64,000 nt of DNA, taken from the NCBI RefSeq assembly GCF_964204645.1, contig NC_134026.1, positions 22,106,150 through 22,170,149 on the forward strand, in the 5' to 3' direction. This document shows, one piece after another, positions 35,375-50,841 of this stretch. Each line of letters begins with the position of its first letter. Position 1 is the stretch's first letter. The position numbers and the translations under genes were made by a program. The stretch is from Tubulanus polymorphus (lineage: Eukaryota; Animalia; Nemertea). Below the pieces are notes generated by a model. It saw only the letters and a list, made by a program, of their open reading frames with translations, had not been told where the DNA came from and ran no database searches.

Positions 35375-38300
35375 ATGCTGTCAAAAGTGGAGATGGATGA
35401 ATTAAGTCCTTTGGGGTTTTTAGATGATGTATCTATATCGCAGCCACCTCTATCGCAATCCCAAAGACAGAACAATTGGAAGAAAAGGTAAAATTGTTAA
35501 TATTTTTGTTACTTTTTACAGCTATTCGATCGCGACCTTGCTTCTATTCTTCCTTGTGACCAACAAATTTACCGAGATTAACTGATACCAAAAACATGGA
35601 CGGTAAGACACCCGCTGTCTTCAGTAACCTATCTGTGGTTTAGTCTCACAATCGGATATTTTCACAAACTATAGTTAGTATAAGCCCTTCCGATTATAAA
35701 AGCTTAACCACCAAAAGATTAGGTAACTAAAACTAAGACTGCTGTTTAGTTTTTCCTTGCTTGATTAGTGTTGAAGCAGGTGATGTAAGGGATACCCATA
35801 TGATGGTTCTAAACTGCAGTCACTCCAACTTGAAGCATTGTTTGCTGATCTCAAAAACCGTTTTAGAATTTTTTGAAAAGTTTTTTCTTTCTCTTCCAAT
35901 TTTGAAAGGCCAACTCAAACGAATAGATTTATAGCTCCTCCATTGTCAATGACTGTTCGACCACCAGCAGTTGAGAAAAATGATGGTAATGACTACATTT
36001 CCAATGACGTTCCTGAGCCGTCATTCAAGCTCCCTTTACCACCACCTATACAAACACCGCAACGAATAATTAGAAATCATTCATCCTTGAATTCGACTCC
36101 ACGAGGTTTACTGGTATTTGATGACGCTGCTAGCCAGCACCTTACCACACCCCTTGTGGCGCAGTCATCTAATGAATTTCCAGTTCAAGTTGGTAAGATC
36201 AACAATGAGATTGCAGTTCCATCTTTGAAACCGATACGTTTCATTCAATTTACTCGAGATCTAATACCTTTCAGAACCGACTCGGCGAGCTATGATAAGC
36301 AATCTACGATCAACCTCAGAAATATGTATCTTTTATTCTTTTGCAAAAATATTTGAACCACTAGTAATGGGTAAAAAGGCTGCAAAAGGAAAAGGCTGAA
36401 ATTTTTCAATACATAGAATATGGTCGTTCTTTGGTAAACTAAATAACTTTAACTCGCTGGTTTGACAGGTGAACAGTTTCGTGGTATATTCAACTTTCCA
36501 TATTTCAACATTGTCCAGTCAAAAGTTTTTGATGATGTAAGTGCATCCGAAATTCCCAGTACTTATTCTCCATCTAATCTGGTTTAATTCAACTCCAATT
36601 TGATTGTGAACTGAATGAATTTCGTTGATCCTAAATAGTCTGGATTTGGAATCTTGGTAAATGTCATAATTTGATACTTATGAGTAACAGGTGATGTACA
36701 CTGATCGGTCATTGGTGGTTTGTGCTCCAACTGGATCTGGTAAAACTGCAGTGTTTGAGTTGGCTATTGTGCGTCTGATGGTGAAATTTCAACATGAAAC
36801 AACACCGTTCAAAGTTGTTTATAGTTGAGTATGAGAAGTGTACATCGGTTACGAAATATCTAACAGTTTTGAAAATGAACTCAAAATTGATTGGATTTAG
36901 TCGATCATTGTTCATTTTAAGATATAAGAACAAAGACTATTTCCATATCAATCAAAATGTTCTTCATCATCGGAAGTTTAATCGAATTGTTTTCATTATT
37001 CAGTGGCACCCCTGAAAGCCCTGTGTAGTGAACGTTTCGAAGACTGGCGAATGAAATTTGGCACGCTCGGCCTGAAATGCATGGAACTCACTGGCGACAC
37101 TCAACTAGACGACCTTTTCGAACTTCAATCAGTGAACATAATCCTAACCACACCTGTATGTTTTAAAGTGCTTCTCATTCAGTACTTTAAAACTCTCTGC
37201 TCTAGATAGACAGAACTTTTAAAGATTCACTGATTCTCTATTCAGTACATTTCCGGTAGTTTTGGCAATATGATGACGATTGCAATATTTTATTCATAAA
37301 TAGGAGAAATGGGACAGCATGACAAGAAGATGGAAAGATAATCAGTCGTTATTGCAACAAGTGAAATTGTTTCTCGTCGATGAGGTACGGTGAACTACTT
37401 GGAATTGACTGGAATGAAATTTTTTAATTTTGGAACCTCACGTATTTTTCTATGCAGATACATACGTTGAATGATAATGCAAGAGGAGCGACAGTTGAAG
37501 CGGTCATCAGCCGGATGAAGACTGTCCAAACAGCAGTGAACCGATTGAATAATTCGAAACAGTCTCTGGACAGCACAATGAGATTTCTAGCTGTATCGGC
37601 GACAATACCTAATGTTGAGGATGTAAGTATTTTACCAAAATCTTCTATGGAGGCAAAAATTATTGAAAATTATCTCTAGTAAGCCCCCGACCTTATCTTC
37701 AGATATCAGCTTGGTTCGGATCAGAAAGTTCACCAGCCATCCATTATAGGTGAATAGTTTAAGAATGATTATCTTGAATCGCGGTCGTCTTAGATTTTTT
37801 TTTGAAAATCTGCATTTTGATTGTCTGTATTTTTTCTGACGCAGTCTCGATGACAGCTTTCGTCCGGTGAAACTGCGTAAAGTTGTACTCGGATACGAGT
37901 ATTCACAGAATTCGTCTGAATTCAAGTTCGACTTGTTTCTCAGTTATAAACTAGCCGGCATCATCGAAACATACTCCGATAAGAAACCAACTTTGGTCGT
38001 AAGTCGATCGCATTCATAACTTATAATAAAACCTGCATCAACTAGACAATCTGGAGACGAAGAAATTCATCAAGTTTGATGAGAATGAACTACAAACTCT
38101 AAATGTCTGAATTGGATCAAATCAAAATCTGTATTCAATGGTCCCTTCCCTATACTTTCAAAAGATATACATGTAGTATCAAGATTAGTCGATCTTTAAT
38201 AACTTTAACCTCTAAAAGATTCTAACTTAAAACTATAGCATCAGCCCCTGAATTGTTCATACGGTTTCGGATATCATCTTTAAAAATATTGCCCCGTCAC

Positions 38301-41300
38301 AGTTTTGTAGTACACGGAAAGGGGTCCAACAATCGGCATCGATTCTAATTAAAGATGCTCGTTACGTCATAAATGCTCAGCATAAAGATGAACTCATCAC
38401 TCAGTCCGGACGAATCTTAGAATCTAAATTACGAGGTACATTCGCTATGCTCCTCGAAAATCGATTTGAATTCTGAATGAATAGTTCTTGACTATTTTGA
38501 TACAATGTGTGTTATTTTTCAAAGACGTGTTGGTTTTCGGCGTGGGATATCATCACGCCGGTCTGGATATGAACGATAGGAAAATAATTGAAGAAATGTT
38601 TCTCAATGGAAAGTTGCCTGTCTTGTGTAAGTCAATGATGACTCTGAAAGTCCATATTTTATTCCTCATTGCTACCAAATGTCCAGACCTTCTCCTTGTA
38701 AATAGGAAACGTAGTTTTAGCACTGGGTATCTGTACGACTGTACAATTTAAGTATTTATACCTAGATTTCATCCCTGTGACCCCATGGCAAAAAAATGGT
38801 ATCATTCATTCTTTTTGTAGTTGCTACGAGTACGTTGGCAATGGGTATTAATCTACCGGCACATCTGGTTGTGATTAAGTCTACGATGTTCTATCAGTTG
38901 GGAATGTACCAGGAATACTCTGAGACTCAAATATTACAGATGATCGGACGAGCTGGTCGTCCACAATTCGACACTTCAGCGACCGCTGTGATCATGACGA
39001 AAACTGATATGAAGGTTTGAGCTTATTCTTTTCAATCTTGCATAATGAAATACAGTCAACCGCCGATTGACTGCTTCCCCGCCTAATGCCAGGTTTTTGA
39101 GGGAACAAAACATTGGTATTCTACCTTGGAACTAGTAGAAATTAACCCCCAATATACAGGCATTCTCTTTATATTGTCAACATCATAAATCACTGACATG
39201 GTATATTGGTCGACTGTAGATTCTTACTTAGTTTTGGTTGTATTTATATGTCAAACTCTATTCAGATTTTATTTCATTTGTTTCAGGCTCAGTATCAAAT
39301 GCTCTTGAATGGCACTCAAGTTATTGAAAGCAGGTGTTGTGAAAGTTACATGTTCTACATATTATGATATTGATATCTTAAGAACTTCTGACTGAAGAAT
39401 TTTTGTTCTTTTTTAGCTTACATCGAAATCTAATCGAGCATCTGAATGCTGAAATAGTTCTGCGTACAATTACTGATATAACTGTTGTTTTAGAATGGTT
39501 GAGGTCTACATTTCTGTACATACGAGCTTTGAAAAATCCTAGACACTATGGTAAGAAAAACTACCAATGAAATAGTTGTTCTTTTATAGGCCTAAAACCA
39601 TCAATCTGAAACACTGCTTACTGGTAAGAACTGAATAAAGATTTATCATGTTCTACCATTTTCTGAAAGATCATTTACCTTGTGTAGGCCTAACTGCAAA
39701 TACACTTCATGGAAAGCCTCATTGCTCTATGTTTTTCGTACATTTTGATTTTCTAGGTATTCCAGTAGGCTTGAACAAGGAGCAAATTGAGAAGAGGCTA
39801 CAAGGTGAACATTTAACAATGAATGAATCCTTGGGTACATTCAGCATATATCCGTTTATCAGTAAAGATTCATTTTCATTTTCTTTTATTTTATTTTGGG
39901 AACAGATATCATTGTTAGTAATTTGAATATGCTCGCTAATGAAGAGTTGATACTGACAGATGAAGATCATTTTGATGTGAAACCATCGGGTAAACATATA
40001 TTTGCTCATTCGCTGAAATTTCAAGATTCCTCACTCAATATGTGTAAGAACGTATCTCTTATTTCATTTTCTAGATACCGGACATCTGATGGCGAGGCAT
40101 TGTGTTTTATTTGAAACTATGAAACTTTTTCGGACAGTGAAAGGCACAGAAACCATTCAAGAATTGGTAATATCATTCCCTGTATTTTATACCCAGTAAG
40201 AAAATGTACCCGTAAATACTATTGATGTATTTCAGGTTTCTCTGTTAGCCGGATGTAAGGAATTCTCGGACATCAAACTTCGAATGAACGAACGCCGATT
40301 ATTGAATGTTCTCAATAAGGATAAGAATAGAGCAACAATAAGGTACACAAATTTTCAATTAGAACAATATATTCAGTAGCAGGATCTGATATAAGAGTTT
40401 ATCTCCATTTCTATCATAGGTTTCCCATGGATGGAAAAATTAAAACAAACGATATGAAAGTTAATTGGTACGTTTATAAACCCATGTTAGATTCCATAAA
40501 TGCAGTTAAAGGATGTACAATTGAATAAGGACATGTTTTTCACAGTTTGATGCAAGCCCAGTTTGGTTGTTTGTCATTGCAAGATTTTGGACTCAGTCAA
40601 GACACGGGAAGGATATTCCGAGTAGCATCCAGAGTGTCTAAGTGTGCGTTGATTTAAACTTTTTTGAATTGTTCATTTGTTAACAGACTTACGAGACATG
40701 AAACTTAATTTATATATGAGGGTACATTCTGTATAACTAAATAGGCCTGGCTGAGTTACTATGGCGTAAACCAGGTTATGTGGCTTTATTGAGTGCTGTG
40801 CAATTGATGAAATGTATTCACTGCAGACTGTGGGAAAATTCGGCATTTGTCTCGAAACAGTTAGAGGGAATCGGTGAGTGTATGATGGCTGTTTATCATG
40901 AAATGAACTTTGACAAAAATCTGTGTTTTTCGTGAATGGATTTCAGGTCCGACACTTTCGAGTGCTTTGAACAATGCTGGAATGAATTCTCTGAAGAAAC
41001 TTGAAGAATCAAATCCACGTGAGATTGAAATGGTAGGTGTTATTGTGATATGAAACTTGGTTCTTAACCCTTGGGCTTTTTCACTTTTCGTCCATCTGTC
41101 TGTCCATCCAGATCTGTAGACAAAATCTAGTATCAATTTTCGTCCTAGCATCATAGTAGATCATGTTCTATAATTGCTAGTGATTAACCAGATCTTGGTT
41201 TCTGAATATATTTCCATTTGATATTGGGATCGACGAATATTTTGTTATCACATTCAATTGCAAAGTTGTAGCTTAGGCCTATGACATTTTCTATGATTGC

Positions 41301-44011
41301 GTGATGATCATTGGTTTCTGTATATGTTCTCCAGGGGCATTGTGTATTGAAATTGTCAGATAACTTCCCGAGTGGGTATGATGTCCCTGGACCCCTGGTT
41401 ATTTTATTTTTCCAGGCAGTGAACCGAAATCCTCCATTCGGAAATCTGATTGTTGAACAGCTTAAAGGACTTCCTAAGTATCAGCTTTCAATTGAACAGG
41501 TTTCTTTCAGATTTCATTACTTTTTCGATCTTAATTGTTCGGTCTTAAATCTAAATAAAATAGGAAATTTCATATTAAGTTAGTACTATTTTCTAGGTCC
41601 CAAATTATGGCGAAATGAGGGCTGAACTATGTTTAGCAATAACTCTAACAAATATGACGCATTTGGAAAAGAAATTGACTGCTGGAATCGGCCACACCTG
41701 TGCTTTAATAGTCGGTGATTCAGACAATAATATCATTTATAAAACAAGAATCGGGTACAAACTTTTTCCCTGTCGGAAAAAAAATATGAAAGAACCTTCA
41801 AGTAATAATTCATGAAGAAATGGTGGTCAGCTTATGAAATTTTGAAATTTATTCAATACAGTGATTCCATATTGATGAAAACAGGCTGCTGGATGAAAAA
41901 AATTGATGTTACGAGGACACCGACTTCGGATGTATTGAATATAAATTTCATCAGTCAAACTTGGGGTAATTATACACACGATGTCCTGTCAATGATCAGG
42001 CGTTTTTATGACAATTCTTAAGACGTGTATTTATCACTCGTTTCAGCTGGTTTTGATATCCAGAATACATATACTCCATTTTATTCATCTAACCGTATTA
42101 CAGATCATCAACTGACCGACATCAATTATCAGAAGGTAAGGGTGCATCTAAGATATTTCTAAAATATTTGTCTAAAGATACTTAAAAACTTCTCAAAATT
42201 CCATTAATTAGGACAGAAATTTATGAACCTTATGCCTGGTATAGTTTGCAGTACAGGATTAGTTATTTTTGCTTTTAGAATGAAAACACTATTATGCAAC
42301 CTAACCCATCAGGAGGAGTTGATAAACCACAGAATGAGACCACAGTTCGATCATGTAGTCATCGCTGTTACAACAAACAGTACTGTGGCCACGAGTGCTG
42401 CAAAAATGGCATTGCAGTAAGAAAACAAAAAGAAGCGAAAACACCCAGTGAGCCAGCTGGCGCAGTCAGCGGTAAAAGGAGCTTAACAAACCAATCAGTT
42501 GCCAATTACGTCTCTGGACTGAAGCACAAAATCGACCAGATTCCACCAACTCCGAATTTGAAAAGACTCAAGGTAGTATATTAATCGAAACTCCCTTCTG
42601 GTCAGATAATAGGAAATCTTTGTTGAGGATTAAATCTTGATTAACTTGAGTATCCTGTCAATAAATTCAGTACCGGTACTAGATGTTATAACATGATTGA
42701 TTGTTGTGTTTCAGTATGCTAGAAATTCTAATTCATCGGTAGATTTGAAACAGTATTCGTATAACCCACCGAAACCATATACATACAACAAAAATACTAG
42801 CAGGAACACTGCTGTAGCTTCACTTTCGAAGTCATCCTCAGAGGAAAGTGTATGTTTCACAGCTTCGAAAACACCCAAGCTTGCATTTACTCCTAAAGGT
42901 TGGGACGGATTGGACCTATATCAACAACGCAGAATCAGTGGTAAGTAATGAGTTTTTGTACTTCATTCGTGATATTGAAGTGTTTTTTTCTACCCCTTCA
43001 ATTTACTTCTAGTATAGGTTATCTATCTATGAAAATGATTGATTGTAATAACAAGAATTGTTTGATTTCTCAATGCGCTAGGTTCTGGGAGTGTGCTGAA
43101 GATAAATGAGGTGCAAGATGCATTTACTGCTGAGAATAGGTATTTTTTGCTGAACTGAAATATTTGCTCAAACATTATGAATCTATGAATCTTAATTTGC
43201 CAAACTTAATGGTTTGATATAAATATTTGTAGTTGTTATTACGAGGACATAGATTTCGAGGAGCCATTCGTCGTGGAAGACTTTCAAGGAGGAAAACCCA
43301 AAGATAATCCAACAGAAATGATGCCACAAAAATTGTCAATGAATCAAGTAATGTGTTACAGATGGCGGGTCATTCAATCAGAAATCTCTCAAATCTATAA
43401 GTAGCATATTCACAAAAGGAAAATAATCTGTGATCCCTCAACTAGAGAAAATCATTAGGGGATATTCTTGGTCTGAGATATCGTGGTAAAATCTTTGGTT
43501 AAGATCTAAAAGAATCTCCATCAAAAGAAAGTCATGGTTTATATCATGCTTGACTTGTATTCGCTTGTCCATATTTTCAATTACAGTGTCTTGAAATTGA
43601 AGATGATGACGATGAATTTCCGAGTTACTTCGGTAACACCTCCTCTTTAACAACGTCTCGTTCGACACTGGATCAGCTTGGGGTGACAGCGAAGTCAACT
43701 GGGGATACCGCACCACCACCCAGACAGCCACTCGGTTTAGTTGCTAGAAACATATGTGGATTGTCTACTTCAACTACTAAAGTGCCTTATAGAAATTTCA
43801 AGTCATCAAATATGTATCAAAGCGATCCATCAGACAGATACGCGAACTGGTATCTATCATTAATTGCAAGACATTCTAAATATGTTTAATAGAAATGTTG
43901 AAAAGTTAGCATTTCATATCACTGATTATTTTGCATTTCAGTGCTAGCGTTATTGATGATGCTGATGAAGTTGAAGAAGTCTATAACAGTATTTTTGAAG
44001 GCATCTTTTGA
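35375..44011 (+). CDS. HFM1: Meiotic ATP-dependent DNA helicase HFM1/MER3 (many short exons)
   Basis: FPYFNIVQSKVFDD, VCAPTGSGKTAVFELAI, APLKALCSER, TTPEKWD, DEIH, AVSATIPN, GVGYHHAGL, TSTLAMGINLPA, QMIGRAGRPQFD, Sec63-like region, Cys cluster CSHRCYNKQYCGHECCK, C-terminal SIFEGIF*. Start is 35375 or 35393. Confidence 0.95.
35621..35735 (+). mobile_element. ~115-bp internally deleted derivative of the 848-bp transposon family, in HFM1 intron 1
   Basis: Left part tcagtaacct..tgtggtttagt.tcac.atcggatattttcacaaac matches 5700-5748. Right part gtataagccc.tccgattataaaagctt.accacca..gattaggtaactaa matches 7347-7398. Confidence 0.85.
36326..36468 (+). other. Candidate U12-type (minor spliceosome) GT-AG intron in HFM1
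   Basis: Donor GTATCTTTT (consensus GTATCCTTT). Branch-like ACTTTAAC at 36446-36453, about 16 nt before the AG, with no polypyrimidine tract. Phase 1 joins ...STSEI-C-EQFRGIF. Confidence 0.6.
39051..39218. mobile_element. Decayed pogo-like MITE
   Basis: ta-cagtcaacc ... ggtcgactg-ta (9-bp TIR with one mismatch, TA flanks). Confidence 0.5.
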
Positions 44012-44410
44012 ATGGTGATCTTCGAAACTATGAAGTAAACCAGTGCTGGAACTACTAGTGATTCAGTAGATTTAAGATTTTGTTATAAGTTGACTTCTAA
44101 ATTAATTAATTTATCATGTAAAAAGTATTTCTTTTGTTATTTTTATTCTAATGTTGACTTATAAATAAAAGGCATTAAATAATATTTTGTTGTGGCATTG
44201 TATTTCATGTGGCTCAGGATGGCCGGTTGGAATTGTATCTAGTTGAAATTTCATTTCAAACCAGGAGGTTTTTTAGGAATCATTTGAAGAATCTGACTAT
44301 TGGTCAAACTCATTGATAAGATTGAGGAGATAATCGAGCCGGTACGTGCTGGGTCGAATTCTATCGTCGGAGCGCTCCGTTAGTCGACTGTGGCACCCGA
44401 GTAAAGCAAG

Positions 44411-45520
<1,110 letters not shown>

Positions 45521-46080
45521 TAGTTATCTGTACATGGATATACTGTAGAGATATGGTGTATTGTGATATTTCCTGTGCTTCAGAGTAGCGTTTTAAAACG
45601 AGTGAAGAAATGTGATCTGGTGCTTTGCCCATGACGAGTTTCAGTATTTAGTCAACAAAAAATACCCATGTTGTAGATCAAGCATATTGGACTCTTTATT
45701 GCTCTCCCAGGAAACAGAATCTAGGCTTCAGGAGCCTGTTGCTCAAACATTGTTTAATTCTAACCAGTCGTTAAGCTTAACGTTTGAGCAACTGGCCCCA
45801 GATTTTCTGAATAAGCGGTAGTATTGTTTTGTAAAAAATAAAAGGAATTGTAAATTTTTATTTAAACCTAGCTCTTTCATTCCATTTTCTGATAAGTATG
45901 TTTCCAAAGCAAGCTTACGTCGGAAAATCCTTAACCAGTACGAACAAGAAGCGAAATCATCCAAGAATCAGGTAAACAAGTAAGAATTATTTATTACATG
46001 GATGGAGAAAAAAATCACATATTCATACTAAATCCGGTAAAAATGAGTGTCGCTATTGATAATCCAAAAGATAGTCTTAT

Positions 46081-48204
46081 TCAAAGTGCGTCGGCATTTA
46101 GATTAGCCGTCCACGCCACTAGGTCATCGACCTCTTTGTCCCACGGTTCTTCTTGTCCTAATTTGCGAGGTGTTGGTTCCGGGGCTACCGTTGGACCAGC
46201 TGAAATGATAACAATACTGGCTTACAATCTTTAGAACATATAGACTGGTAGTTAATTGTATGATTACATACTACGTACCGGCTTGTGTGCGTTTGGGCAG
46301 ATATATCCTCCTCATTTGGTTCAATTTATTGATCTTTTCTAGTTTTGCTTGTTCGTCGTTTTTATTTGTCTTAAAATTACCATACATTAGAGTCTGATGC
46401 CTGTAAATTGATAGATAAGAACGTATTCCATCAGACATGAGGTATAGGTCGGATAACGAGATAATTTTAGTGACTGAAGTCTTACTGGTCTAATTGCTGA
46501 GCCATTTGCTCTTGGATCTCTTCAAATGGAATTCCGAGATGCACTTTTTGTAAATGAGGTTTGTAGTGAAGATCCTCTAACACTGGAGAAATGAAACTTT
46601 CAGACATAAAACATATGGATGGACAACAAACAAATAGTGAAAAGCGTTGACTGCAAAACATAATTTAAGCACTTACGGACGTTTTTGCTTGATTCAGCTG
46701 GTTTCGATGTTGCTATACCCGACCAAACGGTATGATAATCTTCGAATGACATTTTACTAACTTTCACAGGTACATGAACATTACTGTTCGATTTTATTGG
46801 TTCAGGCGTCGTCGGCGCTTGGAAAGGAACCGTAGAATATTCACGCTCTAGATGTGGGCTTAAACCAGCTGAAAAATCGACCAAAGTACATAACTTACTG
46901 AGAATTATGAAAAGCAAAGCAAATACATGTATGAGTTTTTAGTCGCGCAATATTGAACATTCCTCTGTTCATCTTTGAGATCTGTTATAAGTTACTGGTG
47001 ATTAGATTAAATTACTGGTACAATGTTCAAACAAAACTGATGCTACTGCAGGTAAATGCATGTACCCTTAATTATTAAGACATCGACGTCAAGGTTTTTC
47101 AGATATAAATCAAATATTGTCTCTAGTAATGCTCCATAGCGAATCAGAAAGTAGTCGATCTACCTTCTACTCTACGACTGGCTGCAACGCAATCTAAAAC
47201 CATTTGTTTATAAGCGTGTGGATTATTGAGTATCATATCGACGGCTTCCGTATTTACTGCGTTATCAAGAACTGGATTTGACAACAAAGTCTGAAATTAC
47301 AAAAAACAGTTTAGACCCCAGTAAGGCTATAATACACAGACTCTGCGATAATGATTACATTATTTCTTAATTTTCATAGCCCCACAAACCAAATACTAAC
47401 GTTTAATCATATTCACGCAAGCCACGTTAATTAGGTCACTAATTAGAAATGATATTTTCAGGGAAAGTCATATATTCACCTGCATAGCGACCAATATATA
47501 GTCAATCGTAAAATTAGACGACCACTTGTTCAAATCATCCAAAAACTCTACACAAGGTTTTCCTGTTATCATATCAACTGAAAAAGTCAGGCATATTTAT
47601 TTGAAGTTCTTTCTAATGATACACACAAATCGGTAAGAGGGATCATTACTACTTACCATTCGGATGAAAAGGCACAGTGTGGAAGCAAACCATCGGTGGT
47701 TGAAGATTATAGTGCTCGTTATATTTCAAATATAAACGAAATATTCCACCTATAAAAAGATAATTACAATGATAGCAAAATTATGAATAATGGGGGCAGG
47801 ATCATCTTGCAGGATGTCCCTGCTGCTGGAAAGCGCTAGAGGATTCATAGCATATTGGGACTAAGCTGAAAGTGTATATACCTTCCCATAGTGTGTGTGA
47901 AAGCCCGTGGATCTTCGCTGTCCATTCGAAAATGTTATCATCTGTGAGGGGATGGGCATCTATACCCTGAAATAATCATCAATTAATGGTTTACAGTGCT
48001 TTAGTGAAAGACTAGGTACAGAAGAATTAATTTTCAATGAAATTTCATTGAATTCACTTGTCAATTTCATGAAATTATAATATAAGAAGAAGAAAGTTAA
48101 CTAACTGGATGGTGATGAGTGAACTGGAGGAGACATACCCATGGTTTATCCTTCTTGAACTTCTCGAAATCACGTTCAATGAGTAAATGCGCCCGGGAAT
48201 ACAT
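46081..48204 (-). CDS. UBE2U: Ubiquitin-conjugating enzyme E2 U-like, ~9 exons; largely missed by the ORF track
   Basis: MYSRAHLLIERDFEKFKKDKPW|GIDAHPLTDDNIFEWTAKIHGL..WEG|GIFRL...PPMVCFHTVPFHPN|VDMITGKPCVEFLD (catalytic Cys)...|TLLSNPVLDNAVNTEA. C-terminal WDKEVDDLVAWTANL. Confidence 0.88.
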
Positions 48205-49446
48205 CGTTTAACTGTTTATAAACAGAACATATTTTAACTTCTACAAAAAAACCATCAAGAGCAAGAAGAGTTGTCAAAAATTGTTGCAATAACAAACTGT
48301 ATTTCAATTGTTGATCGCAGGAGTAATCATTTTTCCAGCATTAGATGAGACTCGCTTGCCAGGACCTCAAGTGGAGTGCTCCGCATTCACCTCTACCGGT
48401 GGCGGGTAGTAAACTTTTAAACGAATACTCCTTACTGTGCTTTTCCAGGTGATTTCAGCGTTTTTTTCGATATTACAAAAAGTGACGAGAAAACGCTTTT
48501 CCAGCGACTGAGATAGCGTTCATTCGAAGATCATCCTCGACTTTCGATATAGCGAAAACAAAGTTCGTATAATCATTGTTGCAATCGTCGACTTTGAAAA
48601 GATTACCAGCGCTAGCGTCAAAGTAAGTGGTGGTTTTAGGGCATCAGGTGGTGGGCTGGATTGGATCTTCGATCTTTTTATGCATCGTTGTTCCCATTTT
48701 GGGTTGGGCCTTTACTGGGTGAAGATAAGAAAATACTAGTGTTTTCTCTACCACTCGACAACTAATACATCAAAGTGAAAAATAACATTTCATTTCAATT
48801 AAAATCAACCGATCCATTTTCTTTTCAAATAAAAATTCAATATATTTTTAATGCATTAATTCTGAACGTTTTATTCTATTGAAGAAAAAATTCTTTGAAA
48901 TTCACTCAAACGATTCATCATCGCAATTCAAAATATGCTTTAAAAACTAGATTATTTATATCAATTTACACCGGATTTTGCATTGATTTACGCTAGGTGC
49001 GTCTAGAATGGGGCCAACTTTGATCTTTCTTTTTTAACGAAAACTCAAAAAGTGTTTACCCTCGCATATTTATCGCTATTGTGAACACAAAAGGGGAGAG
49101 CTACCATGAATAGCGATTTTATGTACGAGTAAATACTCCGCAATGAAAAAACTCGTTCAAAAGCGTATTAATTTCATTATTTATAGGTAACTTACTAACT
49201 GTCGGGGTCAAAGCGGTTCGAAAAAATTAAGTCATATGCTATATATACGTTTTGAAGCATTCATATATAGTGAATAAAAAAGCCATCAAGGTGGTGTTGA
49301 TTCAGAGATGGGCGTGCAGGTTTAAATCGTTGTTTATTACCCTGTTTATCGGGTGTTTATAACGCTTTTACGAAGCCTCATGGTGTGTGGAGAGAACCTA
49401 TATATAACTGTTAATTCGTATACTGGAAAATTGACTTTGCGAGAAA

Positions 49447-49480
49447 TATATAAAGGATCGGATCAGCACTTTCTTCACTG
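49447..49480 (+). promoter_or_regulatory. TATA box and initiator-like sequence, probable promoter of the FAM167-like gene
   Basis: TATATAAAGG at 49447, with a TCA-type initiator (ttcactg) about 27-30 nt downstream. Confidence 0.4.
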
Positions 49481-50841
49481 GTCTTTTTACGAAGAGTTGG
49501 AGTGAACTTTTCTTTCATTCGTAACAGCTGCGTGCGGTTTAGTGCTGCTGCGCGGATTCATTTTAACTCGTGTTTTTGGAATTATACATACTTCGAACGG
49601 AAAAGTTCTCCCTTTTGTAATCTGACATTTCTTAAATCGACTGCACAAAGTGCGAATTGTGCGGCTTCGGCGTGGCTTTCTAATTACTCAACGCAAGGTA
49701 AAAATCGACAATATATTCTTCTTGCGTCGTTTTGAATTCGCCAAAACGGTTTTTATCGAGTATACTCCCCGGAGGTTCGATTGTGCCAAGGAAAAAACGT
49801 GCTATAACGCAGCATGCTGTTCTTTGATGTTGAGGGCAGAAACTCGGGTAAATGGTGCTTACATGGTGAGATTCGTGTTAATTATTACTCTCGACAGTGA
49901 GGAATTCTATTATAGACGTATATTGGACCGCAATCTCTTGTTCGTCCGACCCGCGTTCATTGCGCCCACCCCGAAACAACTCCGAAATGTTCTCCGTATG
50001 CAGTACTTTGCATAATATATCAAAGAACCGCATGAATTTCATTGTCGTTCGATTTGTTGGAGAAATTCACAACTGCAGATAAGACAAGTGACAATTGTTT
50101 TTTGGTATCTGAGGAATCAACCACGTATTTTGTTAGCATTGGTACGTAAGAAAAATTTTTATTGGAAACTATACGAGACCGAAGCGACAGAAGAAATAAA
50201 TTATTGATATTCTTTTCGACCCTCTAAGCATAAGAAGGAAGGATTTATAGATTTCTATACAGCATATATACAGTGTAATTGGGGGAGGAGAAGAGGTAAG
50301 GCAAGCGTATAATAAATCTCTAATCAGCACAAACAATGCTATACAAACGTTTGGCACGACTATAATCTAATCGCGGACCTGAATATTCACGTGTGTTGTG
50401 TTGCGATATAGAAGATTACATGTTTGCGACGGAAAATAAATTACCGCCAGTTCCCGGGTTTGTGTAATACAAACAACAAACGGAGTGGCTTTTCTTCTTC
50501 TTCTATACTATATATACGCGAACGTGCCAGCTTGTTTTTTGTTGTTGCAAAACCAGACGCTTTCTTATTCCAAACGTTTGTTTGTCCAAGACGTCAGTAG
50601 AAAAGGACAATCAGTTGAAGTTTGGATTATGCTTTGATCGGCCGTGTCAAATCATAACAGAAGTCAAATTAATATACAGACGAAGCGACGGCGTGCATGC
50701 GTGACGAATTAACACCTTAGCGGCAAAAAATAAATCAAAACCGTTTATTTATACTTCCTTACATTACAGGACTAGACGTTCGACTATTAACAGACGACTC
50801 CTATATTTCATCGGGGAAAATAAACGTTCGTTCGGCTTGAA

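Noticed and set aside
41062-41375. Possible Helentron/DINE-like insert in an HFM1 intron ((GTCY)n-like stretch)
   Set aside because: Too decayed; no definable termini or hairpin.
43850-43941. Last HFM1 intron with a gtatct donor as a second U12 candidate
   Set aside because: The donor continues atc rather than ttt, there is no CCTTAAC-like branch point, and the acceptor is an ordinary pyrimidine-rich one.
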